Part shown: positions 48,264 to 57,729 of the stretch, piece after piece
Numbering within the stretch: position 1 is the stretch's first letter
Layout of the letters: each line of letters begins with the position of its first letter
NCBI GenBank assembly: GCA_965228735.1
Contig: OZ245838.1
Location: 4,608,001 to 4,672,000 of the forward strand
DNA from: Planctomycetota bacterium
GTDB lineage: Bacteria; Planctomycetota; UBA1135; UBA2386
Direction: 5' to 3'
DNA length: 64,000 nucleotides
Made by a program: the position numbers and the translations under genes
The notes under the pieces: generated by a model
The model's input: the letters and a program-made list of their open reading frames with translations, nothing else
Databases searched by the model: none
What the model was told of the DNA's origin: nothing

Positions 48264-49358
48264 TTGAACGATCATCTACGCGCGATCCTGAAAGGAGTCT
48301 TCGGTGACGGCTCGGCCTCCCAGGCGGACGAGTTTCGGGCGGCCTGCAGCCGTGTACGGCCCGCGGACTGGGGCGGTTTGTTGCCGGAGCTGGAGAGTCA
48401 CCGCCTCGCGCCCCTGGTCGGCTACACCGCCCGCCGGCTCGATCTCGAGTCCGCCATTCCGTCGGCGCCACGGGAGCGGTTGCGGGAGTCGTATCGCGCG
48501 GCCTTTTTGTTTGCCGAACTACAGTCTCGAGCTCTGCGCGACATTCTGGTGGCCCTGCGCGCTGGCGGGGTCGAGCCGATCATCTTCAAGGGCCTCGTGC
48601 TGAGCGGCGCGTTCTATCCCGATCGAGGGGCCCGGCCGATGGTCGACGTGGACTTCCTGGTTGCGGTTTCCGAGCTGAAGCGCACGGTCCGCGCGCTGCG
48701 AAAGCTGGGCTACACGCGACGCATTCGCGATGGTGTCGTGGGGCCGAATGGGTTCGTCAACCCGTTCGGTGTCGTCATTGATCTGCATTGGCAATTCGAC
48801 TTGTTTGCCCCGGACCAGCATGCCGAGATCACTGAGGACCGCGCGATCCGAGAACTCGGAGAGCATCCGATTCGCTCGTGGGAGCCCAACGCGATGCTCG
48901 TCCATCTCGTGTACCACCTCGTCGGACATCGCGAAGGCACCGGGATCAACCTCGGCTGGCTCGTCGACATCGGGTTCCTCGTCCGTTCCGATGGCGATCG
49001 CATGAACGTCGACGCGATTCGTCGGCTCGCGCCCACCGATGCCTGCTTCGCGATGGTCTGGCGCATTCTCGCGTTCCTCGAACGCGACTGCGGTGTCGAA
49101 CTTCCGGCGCACCTCGCCCAGCAGGCGGCGCTTTACGAACCGCTCTCCCTGCCGCGCATCCTGCGCGAGAGCCGGCTTCGCCCCTGGGGCCTGCCCGGTC
49201 TCGTCGGTGCCGGACGGTTCCTGTTCCGGCGCGTGTTCGGCGGGTCCACCAAGCGTCGCAATCCGACCTTGACCGACCTCGCGCTCGCGATCACCGACCG
49301 GATCCAGGACCGCCGCGCGGACAGCCGCGCCATCGCGACCGTGCGAACGCAGTCTTGA
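48264..49358 (+). CDS. Nucleotidyltransferase family protein (NTP_transf_5 type)
   Basis: FKG..L...YP..G.R.M.DVDFLV, IDLHW, W..DI motifs; TTG start. Confidence 0.82.
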   Translation: MNDHLRAILKGVFGDGSASQADEFRAACSRVRPADWGGLLPELESHRLAPLVGYTARRLDLESAIPSAPRERLRESYRAAFLFAELQSRALRDILVALRAGGVEPIIFKGLVLSGAFYPDRGARPMVDVDFLVAVSELKRTVRALRKLGYTRRIRDGVVGPNGFVNPFGVVIDLHWQFDLFAPDQHAEITEDRAIRELGEHPIRSWEPNAMLVHLVYHLVGHREGTGINLGWLVDIGFLVRSDGDRMNVDAIRRLAPTDACFAMVWRILAFLERDCGVELPAHLAQQAALYEPLSLPRILRESRLRPWGLPGLVGAGRFLFRRVFGGSTKRRNPTLTDLALAITDRIQDRRADSRAIATVRTQS

Positions 49359-49444
49359 GGCCGCGCGGGGCCCCTCGGCAGCCTGCCCGCTCGACCGCAT
49401 TTCCGCCTACGGTCGCACCGCATTCGGACTAAGATCTGCCGCGC

Positions 49445-50830
49445 TTGCAGGTTCCTGTTCGACTTACCAAGGAGTCCCTGTTCGGCTTCTTGACGAGCAC
49501 GCGACTGCCCGTCGTCTCGAGCATCGCGACCGTCATTCGCTGGGTCTCGCTGGGCCTTTGCGTTGCCGGACTCGGGCACGCGCTGTTCTGCCTACTGCGG
49601 TACGACGATCCGTGGTGGGCGGCGGATCTGCCGTGGTCGGGGGCGTTGCCGGTGCTGGTCGCAGCGCCGGTGTTCGGGGCGGCCTGGCTGCATTGGCGGC
49701 GGCGGCGCATCGATCGGGCCGCGCTGCTGATGTTCGTGGCGCTGCTCGCGCTCTCGAGCCTGGCGAACTGGCCGCGCGGGGCGTTCAGCCCGGCATGGTA
49801 TCTGCACCCGTTCCTCGCGCTGCTTGCGACGATGGCGCTCGGTGTGATTCCGGGGCTCGGTCTCACGCTCGCGGCGGTCACGGTCATGTTGCTTGCCGCA
49901 TCCGTCGGTCCGGCGGCGGTCGGGGTCGGGACGGGAGCGGGTGGATCGGTCCAGGGCGACGTCTGGGTGCACGTCACGAGCCTCTGTGCGCTGACGCTCG
50001 CATCGGCGCTCGTCGGCGCGATCACCAACCGGCTCGTGTTCATGGCGCTGGTCACCGCGGAATCCCAACGCCGCAAGAACTTCGAGTCGAGCCGCGCCTT
50101 GCGTTACCGCGAGAAGCTGCTGCGTCACGCGCTGCGCGTCGAGACGGTCGGCGACCTCGCCGGCATGGTCTGCCATCAGTTGCGCAACGCCCATCAGGTG
50201 CTGCTCGGTCACGTGACCCTCGCAATGGGCGCCGACGAAACCGAGCGCACGGAGCGCCTCGCGGCCATCGAACGCACCCTCGGCGAGACCCAGCCGTTGT
50301 TGCAGCAGCTGATGCGGATGGCGCATCCGGACGAAGGCGCAACGACACCGACGGACCTGAGCGCTTTGGCACGCGAGTTCTTCGGGCAGGCGCGGCTCAT
50401 CGTGCCCGAGGCGATCACGATGCGGTCGGAGATCGCCGATGGCCCGCTGCCGGCGCTGATCAACCCGCAGGGCCTGTCGCACGCGCTCTGGAACCTCGTG
50501 ATCAACGCCCGGCAGGCGCTCGGCGGCAGCGGCATGATCCGGATTCGGTGCGGCGGCAATCGCTCCCAGGTCTGGATCGAGATCGCCGATGACGGCCCCG
50601 GGATCCCGGCAGAAGTCCGCGAACGGATCTACGACCCCTACTTCACGACCAAACCGCCCGGGCAAGGAACCGGACTCGGATTGACGGCCGTGGCGCGCTT
50701 CGTCCGGGCCAGCAACGGGGTCATCCAGCTCGCGAGCGAGATCGAGGAGGGGACGGCGTTCCGGATGCGGTTCCCGCGGGCGGCCGAGAGTGCGGAAGCG
50801 ACCGCGGCGCGCGGGGCGGCCGGGGCCTGA
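49445..50830 (+). CDS. Membrane sensor histidine kinase
   Basis: Several TM segments; H-box CHQLRN, NLVINA, DDGPGI, DPYFTTK, GTGLGL; start uncertain. Confidence 0.88.
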   Translation: MQVPVRLTKESLFGFLTSTRLPVVSSIATVIRWVSLGLCVAGLGHALFCLLRYDDPWWAADLPWSGALPVLVAAPVFGAAWLHWRRRRIDRAALLMFVALLALSSLANWPRGAFSPAWYLHPFLALLATMALGVIPGLGLTLAAVTVMLLAASVGPAAVGVGTGAGGSVQGDVWVHVTSLCALTLASALVGAITNRLVFMALVTAESQRRKNFESSRALRYREKLLRHALRVETVGDLAGMVCHQLRNAHQVLLGHVTLAMGADETERTERLAAIERTLGETQPLLQQLMRMAHPDEGATTPTDLSALAREFFGQARLIVPEAITMRSEIADGPLPALINPQGLSHALWNLVINARQALGGSGMIRIRCGGNRSQVWIEIADDGPGIPAEVRERIYDPYFTTKPPGQGTGLGLTAVARFVRASNGVIQLASEIEEGTAFRMRFPRAAESAEATAARGAAGA

Positions 50831-50838
50831 CGCGCGGG

Positions 50839-51177
50839 TCAGCCGAGCGCGACCGCACGACCGAGCTTCTGGCCCAGGATCCCGGCGAGGATCGCGTGCA
50901 GCGTGCCGCGGCCCTTGGTGTCGAGCCACTGCCCTGCGGTCGGGTCGTAGCTGAAGTGCCACGCGGACGCGCCCTCGGCGAGCCAGATCTGGCTCGCGGC
51001 AGCTTGCCGGTTGAGCACGCAGTGACGCCCGTCGGCAAACGTCATCTTCAGCACGCCGCCCGCGTAGTCGGCCTCGAGTTCGTCCGGGTCGATGGCGTCC
51101 AACGCCTCGAGGATCGCCGTGAGGCAGGCCTCGGAACGGGCGGAGAAGTCGGGGTCGTGGGGCGCGGTGTTGGCCAT
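50839..51177 (-). CDS. cyaY: Iron donor protein CyaY (frataxin-like)
   Basis: GGVL..TF.DG...VLNRQ....QIWLA....HF motifs, 112 aa. Confidence 0.9.
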   Translation of the reverse strand: MANTAPHDPDFSARSEACLTAILEALDAIDPDELEADYAGGVLKMTFADGRHCVLNRQAAASQIWLAEGASAWHFSYDPTAGQWLDTKGRGTLHAILAGILGQKLGRAVALG

Positions 51178-51240
51178 GGCGGGATCCGCAGGGGCAGACC
51201 AAAAACTAGGTCAGGGGCTTGCCAAGACGAGAGCAGGGCG

Positions 51241-51284
51241 AGAAAAAGAGTGGCCGACGATCCTCTCCCAGGATCGCCGGCCAC
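51241..51284 (-). terminator. Intrinsic terminator (minus strand)
   Basis: Minus-strand GTGGCCGGCGATCCT-GGGAG-AGGATCGTCGGCCAC (15-bp stem, one G-U pair) followed by TCTTTTTCT. Confidence 0.75.
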
Positions 51285-51402
51285 GATAGTGGGTCCCGGC
51301 CGCGACTTGTGCCCTCTCGAATCCGCGGTCTGCCAGCGAGCTTCAGTTTTCAGGCCTTGGCTCGTTGTCAAACCGCGTTGCGCGGCCGGGACCACTCGTC
51401 CC
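51241..51402 (-). ncRNA. Candidate structured small RNA of about 160 nt (family not established; 6S-like possible)
   Basis: Nested long stems 51283-51304/51381-51399 and 51324-51341/51360-51377, a terminator directly 3' and a TACATT -10-like hexamer at 51412-51407. Confidence 0.5.
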
Positions 51403-51598
51403 ATGCAATGTAGTAGACGCATGAACGGGCGAAACTTTCCGAAGCAGAGCGGGTTTTTCTGCTCGTTGGCACGCCCGAGTCCCGAACGGGCCCCTTGGTG
51501 AAGAGCGCAGCGCCCTTGCCTGGGCCAGGTTGTGGCCGTTCGGATGCGATGTTTGAAGATTGTGCCAGCAGGTGGCACGCGCGCCGTTCGCTGCCGGT

Positions 51599-52585
51599 TC
51601 AGAGCGCGCGTTCGGCCGCTGTTCGCCACGCCGGATACAGATCTGCGACCGATTGACGCTCCGCCTCGGCCTCGAAGCCGAGGAGAACTCGATGCCGGAG
51701 AGCCGGCATGACACATGCGTCGATGTCTGCACGATCGATTGCGGGTCGCCCTGACAACAGAGCGCGGGCCTTGGCGCCGAGCACGATGGCCTGCCCGGCG
51801 CGCGCACTAGCGCCGTAACGCACGAACCGTTGCGTGCGTTCATCCGACTCGGGATTCGGATGCGTCGCGAGAATCAGGTGCGCGACGTAACGCAGCAGGT
51901 GCGAGCCGCACAGCACGTCACGCACGATGCCCTGCAGCTCGCTGAGCTCCTCGGCGGTCAGCTGCGGCGCCTGCGCGGCGGCCGCGCCGCCCGTCGTCGT
52001 CTCGAGGATGCGGACCATCGCATCCGCGGACGGCGTGGCGACGTCGAGGCGAAACAGGAACCGATCGAGCTGGGCCTCGGGCAGCGGAAACGTGCCCTCG
52101 AGTTCGATCGGGTTCTGCGTCGCGATCACGTGGAACGGCCGCTTCAGCTGGTGGGTCGTGCCGGCGACCGTCACGGAATGCTCCTGCATCGCCTCGAGCA
52201 GCGCCGACTGGGTCTTCGGGGTGGCGCGGTTGATCTCGTCGGCGAGCACGATGCCGGCGAAGATCGGCCCGCGCTGGAACCGGAACGCGCGGCGGCCGCC
52301 TTCTTCGTCCAGCACCTGCGTGCCCGTGATGTCGGTCGGCATGAGGTCCGGCGTGCACTGGATCCGCGAGTCCTCGAGGCCGAGGCCTTGCGCGAGCTTG
52401 CGCACGAGCAGGGTCTTGCCGAGGCCCGGCAGACCCTCGAGCAGCACGTGACCGCCCGCGAGGATGCCGATGAGCAGGTCCTCGATCAGGCGATCCTGGC
52501 CGATGATCTGGCTGCTGAGCTGCGTGTGAAGGTCGCGGACCTTCTTGACGAGAGCGGTGGCGCGTTCCTGGATCGCTTCGGCCAT
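51599..52585 (-). CDS. moxR: MoxR-family AAA+ ATPase
   Basis: IIGQ, HVLLEGLPGLGKT, RIQCTPDLMP.DI.G, LADEINRA.PKTQSALLEAM.E, ATQNPIE.EGT.PLPEAQLDRF; ATG 52585. Confidence 0.93.
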   Translation of the reverse strand: MAEAIQERATALVKKVRDLHTQLSSQIIGQDRLIEDLLIGILAGGHVLLEGLPGLGKTLLVRKLAQGLGLEDSRIQCTPDLMPTDITGTQVLDEEGGRRAFRFQRGPIFAGIVLADEINRATPKTQSALLEAMQEHSVTVAGTTHQLKRPFHVIATQNPIELEGTFPLPEAQLDRFLFRLDVATPSADAMVRILETTTGGAAAAQAPQLTAEELSELQGIVRDVLCGSHLLRYVAHLILATHPNPESDERTQRFVRYGASARAGQAIVLGAKARALLSGRPAIDRADIDACVMPALRHRVLLGFEAEAERQSVADLYPAWRTAAERAL

Positions 52586-52617
52586 GGTTCCGCCGCAGTC
52601 TACGGCGGGGTGCTGGC

Positions 52618-53538
52618 TCAAATCCCGCGTCGCATGGATTTGTGCTCGAGGTAGCGCTCGGCGCGGTCGGGCAGGATCGCGACGATCGTCTTGCCCTGGT
52701 TGGCCGGGCGGCGCGCGACGGCGACGGCGGCCTGCACGACGGCGCCGCTCGCCGGGCCGAGGAGCAGGCCTTCGGAACGGGCGAGCGCCCGCACGCCTTC
52801 GGACGCTTCTTCGTCCGCGATGCGGGCGATCTCGGCGAGGTCGCTCGGTGCGAGGATGTCCGGGATGAAGCCGGGGCCGAGCCCCGGGATGTCGTGCGGG
52901 CCGGCCTCGCCGCCGCTGAGCACGGCGCTGCTCGCGGGTTCGACCCCGATCACGTCGACCTTGCGGTCGCCGAAGAACGCGGCGCACCCCGCGGCCGTGC
53001 CGCCCGTGCCGACCGGCGCGACGACGATGTCGACCTTGCCGTCGGTGTCGCGCCAGATCTCGCGCGCGGTGGTCTGCGCGTGCGTGTCCGCATTGCTGCG
53101 GTTGGTGAACGCCTGCAGACAGACCCCGCCAGTGCCCTTGGCGATCTGCTCCGCCCGACTCATCGCGCCGCGCATGCCGTCGTTCGACGGCGTCTGTTCG
53201 ACCCGCGCGCCGAACGCCTGGAACAGCGCGAGCCGACTCTCGGGTTGATACTCGGGCATGGTCAGTACGACCTGATAGCCGAGCCGGGCGCCGACCATCG
53301 CGATCGCGAGGCCGAGGTCGCCGCTGCTGCACTCGACGATCGTGCCGCCCGGTTCGAGGTAGCCCTGCTGCTCGGCGTGCCGGATCATCGCGAGCGCCGC
53401 GCGATCCTTGTTGCTGCCCGATGGGCTCATCGCCTCGAGCTTGCCGAAGAGTCGGACGCCGGTGGGGGCGATCGCGGACAGTTCGACGAGCGGGGTGTCG
53501 CCGATCAGCCAGGTGACATCACTCGCGAATCGTGCCAT
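52618..53538 (-). CDS. cysK: Cysteine synthase family PLP enzyme
   Basis: IGDTPLV, KLE..SPSGSNKDR (PLP Lys), GTGGT, VEP, GLG.GFIP, ERYL; substrate loop is atypical. Confidence 0.8.
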   Translation of the reverse strand: MARFASDVTWLIGDTPLVELSAIAPTGVRLFGKLEAMSPSGSNKDRAALAMIRHAEQQGYLEPGGTIVECSSGDLGLAIAMVGARLGYQVVLTMPEYQPESRLALFQAFGARVEQTPSNDGMRGAMSRAEQIAKGTGGVCLQAFTNRSNADTHAQTTAREIWRDTDGKVDIVVAPVGTGGTAAGCAAFFGDRKVDVIGVEPASSAVLSGGEAGPHDIPGLGPGFIPDILAPSDLAEIARIADEEASEGVRALARSEGLLLGPASGAVVQAAVAVARRPANQGKTIVAILPDRAERYLEHKSMRRGI

Positions 53539-53573
53539 TCGGCAAGCGTAGCTTGGTCGAGAGGTCGCACCAG

Positions 53574-54740
53574 ATGATGATGCCGCGCATGACGAGCTCG
53601 CGTTCGCTGATCGGATTCGCAGTCATGTTCGCGGCGTGTGCGGGCGTTTCGCCGCGTCCGAATGCAGCCAATGCGGATTCGTTGCCGAGTCGCACGTTGT
53701 CGCGCAGCGAGGCCGAGCAGTTGCGGTCGATCGTCGAACAGGCCAAGGAAGACATCATCCGCCGGCGCTACGACGCGGCGGCCCGCGGCGTCGAGGCGGC
53801 GCTCGCGCTCGACCCGCGCAGCGCCCGGGCGCACGCGATCCGCGGCATCGTGCGGCTCGAACGCGCCCGCGCCCAGGAGCCGCCGGACATCTTCCTGCAG
53901 AACAGCGGCGAAGCCGACACCGTGATCGCGGAGCAGCTGGCGCCGAACGACCCGTTCGTCGCGTGGATGCGCGCGCACTTCCTGGCCGAGAGTGGTCACC
54001 TCAGCGCCGCCGCCGCCGCGGCCGAGGCGGGCATCCAGCGCGCCGCGGGTTCGCCGCCCGACCAACTCGCGGCGCTGTACGGCGCGGCCGGGACCTATCG
54101 CTACGAGCTCGGCGAGGAGCGCACCGCTCTGCCGCTGCTCGAGCGCTACGTCGAGTTGCAGCCCGACGACGCGGCCGCGCGGTTTCGCATGGGCAACTGC
54201 CTGCTGCGCCAGGCGATCGTGCCGCTCGCCGCCGAGCTGACGGCGGACGCGATCGCGCAGGGCGACGCGGTCCGCGCGTCCCGGTCGTTCGACGCTTGTT
54301 TCGAGTTGGCGCCTGGCGATGACGACGCCGCGCTCGCGGCGGGCGCAGCTCTCGTGCGCGCGGCCGAGCTCGCGAGCAAGCGCGTGGCCTCCGGCGATCC
54401 GGGCCTCGAGCCCGAGGTTCCGGATGAGCTGCTGGATCAGGCGATGGCGCGCTTCGAAACGGTCGCGGAGCGCTTTCCCGACAACGCCGAAGCGGTGTTT
54501 CGCATCGGCGTGGTGCACGAAGAACGCGACGATGCAGTCGCGGCGGCCACGTCCTACGAGCTCGCGCTCGGCCGCGACCCGAAGCATCTCGGCAGCCTGC
54601 TCAACCTCGCGGCGCTGCGCGCCGAATCGGACCCGACTGCAGCGCGCGAGCTCTGGCGCCGCGCGCTCGCGGCCGACGCAACGCGCGGCGGTCTGACGGA
54701 CCGCGAGCGCCGCGACCTGCAGGCGCGCGTCGACGGCTGA
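53574..54740 (+). CDS. Tetratricopeptide repeat protein, possible lipoprotein
   Basis: Repeated A...L.L.P helical units; hydrophobic N-terminus ending FAAC; start uncertain (53574-53589). Confidence 0.75.
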   Translation: MMMPRMTSSRSLIGFAVMFAACAGVSPRPNAANADSLPSRTLSRSEAEQLRSIVEQAKEDIIRRRYDAAARGVEAALALDPRSARAHAIRGIVRLERARAQEPPDIFLQNSGEADTVIAEQLAPNDPFVAWMRAHFLAESGHLSAAAAAAEAGIQRAAGSPPDQLAALYGAAGTYRYELGEERTALPLLERYVELQPDDAAARFRMGNCLLRQAIVPLAAELTADAIAQGDAVRASRSFDACFELAPGDDDAALAAGAALVRAAELASKRVASGDPGLEPEVPDELLDQAMARFETVAERFPDNAEAVFRIGVVHEERDDAVAAATSYELALGRDPKHLGSLLNLAALRAESDPTAARELWRRALAADATRGGLTDRERRDLQARVDG

Positions 54741-54829
54741 GAGCAGCTGCCGAAGATGGCCGTACCGAACCCGCTTCGAATCCGCCACTCGACGGGCGGG
54801 TCGGGGCGCGGTCGCCTCACGGTCGCCGT

Positions 54830-55603
54830 CTACGCGCCCATGATGCTGTAGCCGGCATCCACGTAGATCGTCTGCCCCGTGATCCCCGAGCTCAGCTGCG
54901 ACAGCAGGAACGCGGCCGTGTTGCCGACGTCGGCCTGGTCGACGTTGCGCTTCAGCGGCGACTTGTCGGCCATCGAATCCAGCAGGCTGTTGAAGTCGGA
55001 CACGCCCATCGCGGACACGGTCTTGATCGGGCCGGCCGAGATCGCGTTGACGCGGGTGCCCTGCGGGCCGAGGTCGTTGGCGAGGTAGCGCGTGCTGGCC
55101 TCGAGCGCGGCCTTCGCGACGCCCATGACGTTGTAGTTCTGCACGACCTTCTCGGCGCCGTAGTAGCTCAGGCAGACGACGCCGGCGTTGCGGCCCTCCA
55201 TCATCGGCGCCGCGGCCTTGCAGAGGCCGACGAGCGACCAGGCCGAGACCTGTTGCGCGAGGGCGTAGCCGTCCCACGACGTGTCGCGGAAGTTGCCGCC
55301 GAGCTCTTCGCGCTTGGCGAACGCGATCGAATGCACGAGGCCGTCGAGGCCGTCGAACTCCTTGCCGAGGGCCTCGAAGCAACGGTCGATGTCGCCGTCG
55401 ACCGTGACATCGCATGGCGCGAGAACCGTGTCGTCGCCGAGATCGCCGGCGAGCTTCTTCACCGCGTCGCCCATGCGCTCGTTCTGGTAGGTCAGCGCGA
55501 TGCGGGCGCCTTCGCGGTGGAGCGCCTGAGCGATGCCCCAGGCGATGGAGCGCTTGTTGGCCACCCCGAAGATGACGACGTTCTTGCCGGACAATAGTGC
55601 CAT
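54830..55603 (-). CDS. fabI: Enoyl-ACP reductase
   Basis: GVANKRSIAWGIA, CDV, VHSIAFA, YNVMGVAKAALE, ISAGPIKT; ATG 55603. Confidence 0.95.
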   Translation of the reverse strand: MALLSGKNVVIFGVANKRSIAWGIAQALHREGARIALTYQNERMGDAVKKLAGDLGDDTVLAPCDVTVDGDIDRCFEALGKEFDGLDGLVHSIAFAKREELGGNFRDTSWDGYALAQQVSAWSLVGLCKAAAPMMEGRNAGVVCLSYYGAEKVVQNYNVMGVAKAALEASTRYLANDLGPQGTRVNAISAGPIKTVSAMGVSDFNSLLDSMADKSPLKRNVDQADVGNTAAFLLSQLSSGITGQTIYVDAGYSIMGA

Positions 55604-55638
55604 GCCGGCGATCCTAGGCCGTGTCCGGCCTCCGATCA

Positions 55639-56700
55639 CTACTCCGGCTCGGCGCGAGCGCGATCGGCCTGCCGGAACGCCTTGCGGGAGACGGTCGTCC
55701 ACGGCGTCTCCTCGTCGATCGGATGCCATCGCAGTCGGCCGCGGGCTTCGGCTTCGCCGCCGTGAACGCAGTAGGTGATCCGATGGCGCGTGATCGCGTG
55801 GCGGACCCGGGCCAGCTCGCTCCCGACCGTCACGTTCGCCGCGTAGCGCTGCTGCAGAACGCCGCCGAGGGTCGCGGCATCGGCCGTCACGAGCACGCCG
55901 GCGCCCGGCAGTTCGATCTGTCCGGCATTGGGTTCGTCGTCCGGCACGCGGGCGCCGAGGGCCTGGGAGCTGGGGGCCTGGCCGTTCTTGAGCACGAGAA
56001 CGGCGCGCGACGTCACGTCGATGGGCTCGGGGCGCGGCTTCCTGGCGGGGAGCTCCGCGGCCGTGCCTTCGGCCAGGGCCGTGCAGTCGGCCGCGACCGG
56101 GCAGTCGGCGCAGCGCGGCGATCGCGGCGTGCACACCGTGGCGCCGAGCTCCATGAGCGCCTGGTTGAAGTCGCCGGGGCGGCGCGGGTCGAGCTCGGCC
56201 GCTGCGTGCTCGCGCACCGCGCGTTGGGCGGGGCCGGCCTTGATGTCCGTCGTGATGCCGCGGTGGCGCGCGAAGACCCGTTCGACGTTGCCGTCGACGG
56301 CGGGTTCCGGAACGTCGAACGCGATCGACGCGATGGCGCCGCGCGTGTAGGTGCCGATGCCGGGCAGTTGCCCGAGCGCGTCGGGATCGTTCGGCACGCG
56401 GCCGTCGTGGTCGCGCACGACGGCGTGCGCGCCATCGCGGAGCAGCCGCGCTCGCCGGTAGTAGCCGAGGCCGCGCCAGGCGCGCATGAGCTCATCGTCG
56501 GTGACCGCAGCGAACGCGGCCGGGTCGGGATACGCGGCCATGAAGCGTTCGTACGCGTCGCGCACGGCCTCGACGCGCGTCTGCTGCAGCATGATCTCGC
56601 TGACCCAGATCGCCCACGGATCACGACTCCGACGCCACGGCAGGTCGCGTTGGCACTGGTCGAACCACGCGAGCAGGCGCGCGGCGAAGGTCCGCGCCAT
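55639..56700 (-). CDS. mutY: A/G-specific adenine glycosylase
   Basis: RDLPWR, VSEIMLQQT, W.GLGYY.RAR, HhH LPGIG.YT, VDGNV.RV, 4Fe-4S motif CTPRSPRCADCPVAADC. Confidence 0.95.
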   Translation of the reverse strand: MARTFAARLLAWFDQCQRDLPWRRSRDPWAIWVSEIMLQQTRVEAVRDAYERFMAAYPDPAAFAAVTDDELMRAWRGLGYYRRARLLRDGAHAVVRDHDGRVPNDPDALGQLPGIGTYTRGAIASIAFDVPEPAVDGNVERVFARHRGITTDIKAGPAQRAVREHAAAELDPRRPGDFNQALMELGATVCTPRSPRCADCPVAADCTALAEGTAAELPARKPRPEPIDVTSRAVLVLKNGQAPSSQALGARVPDDEPNAGQIELPGAGVLVTADAATLGGVLQQRYAANVTVGSELARVRHAITRHRITYCVHGGEAEARGRLRWHPIDEETPWTTVSRKAFRQADRARAEPE

Positions 56701-57533
56701 CAGTCGCCGAGCGCGCTGGCGTCGGTGGGCCGCGACTGCAGCTCGAGGCCGAGGCGGTCGCGCAGGTCCTGTTCGGCCTGATCGAGCAGGTCGTTGAGCT
56801 GCACCGCGTTCTCACTCTCGCTCACGAGCGAGATGCGGATCGTGCGGGTGCGGTCGGCGCCCTGCACGCGGGTGCGGACGCTGACCATCGGGTGGCGCGC
56901 CGCGATGTCGCTGAGCGCCCGGCTGATCGAGCTCTCGTCCTGACCGTGGTAGTCGACCTGGCGCTCGCCGCGGACCGTGTCGGGCCCTTCGGCGCTCATC
57001 ACCGGCATGACGTCGACCGTGAAGAAGCGCTGCATCTCGGCCGGGACGCCGGGCAGCAGGAACACGGTCGTATCGTTCACCCGCAGGTGCACCGCCGGCG
57101 CCGTGCCGACCGTGTTGGGGTAGCACGTCGCGCCGACCGGGACGAACGACATGCCGCGCCGGGACTCGTTGAGCTCGGCGTCCTCGATGATGTCGCGCGC
57201 CTTGAGCCGCTTGTAGGACGCGGAGATGAATTCGAGCGCCTTGGGGTCCTCCTTGAGCTCGATGCCGGCCGCCTTGGCGAGGCAGCCGCGCGAGTTGTCG
57301 TCCCAGTTGGGGCCCATCCCGCCGGTCATCAGAACGAACGTGGGACGTTCCGAGATGGCCCATTTCAGGGCCGCGACCATCTCGGCCTCGACGCGGTCGA
57401 TGACCTGGATGGTGCGCACGCGATAGCCGATGTCGTCGAGCCGGTTGGCGATGAACGCCGCATTGCGGTCGACCACCGCTCCTTCGAGGATCTCGCGGGA
57501 AACGACGAGGATGATGACGCTTTTGTCGAACAA
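56700..57533 (-). CDS. CinA N-terminal-like molybdopterin-binding domain protein
   Basis: EILEG..VD.N, TGGMGP..DD, N.VGTAP, LPGVP.EM; no PncC C-terminal domain. Confidence 0.82.
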   Translation of the reverse strand: MFDKSVIILVVSREILEGAVVDRNAAFIANRLDDIGYRVRTIQVIDRVEAEMVAALKWAISERPTFVLMTGGMGPNWDDNSRGCLAKAAGIELKEDPKALEFISASYKRLKARDIIEDAELNESRRGMSFVPVGATCYPNTVGTAPAVHLRVNDTTVFLLPGVPAEMQRFFTVDVMPVMSAEGPDTVRGERQVDYHGQDESSISRALSDIAARHPMVSVRTRVQGADRTRTIRISLVSESENAVQLNDLLDQAEQDLRDRLGLELQSRPTDASALGD

Positions 57534-57729
57534 ATCAGGACTCCGGGGGAAGGAGGACTGGGGCTGAATGGCGCGAGGCCGGGATCGGCGACCTGGGGCG
57601 GCGCCGCAACCCTCATGCTACAGGAAGGCCGTTGTTGAAGGTCCAGGATGGGTGCGGAAGAATGCTCTTTTCTGGCACCGGGATTCTCCTGACCGGCGCG
57701 CCGCCGAACGAATGCGGCGGGCCGGCTCG

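Noticed and set aside
51283..51402. SRP RNA (ffs) or tRNA
   Set aside because: No GNRA-capped helix with CAGG/AGCAG signature and no cloverleaf or TTCGA arm in a tRNA context; kept only as an unclassified RNA candidate
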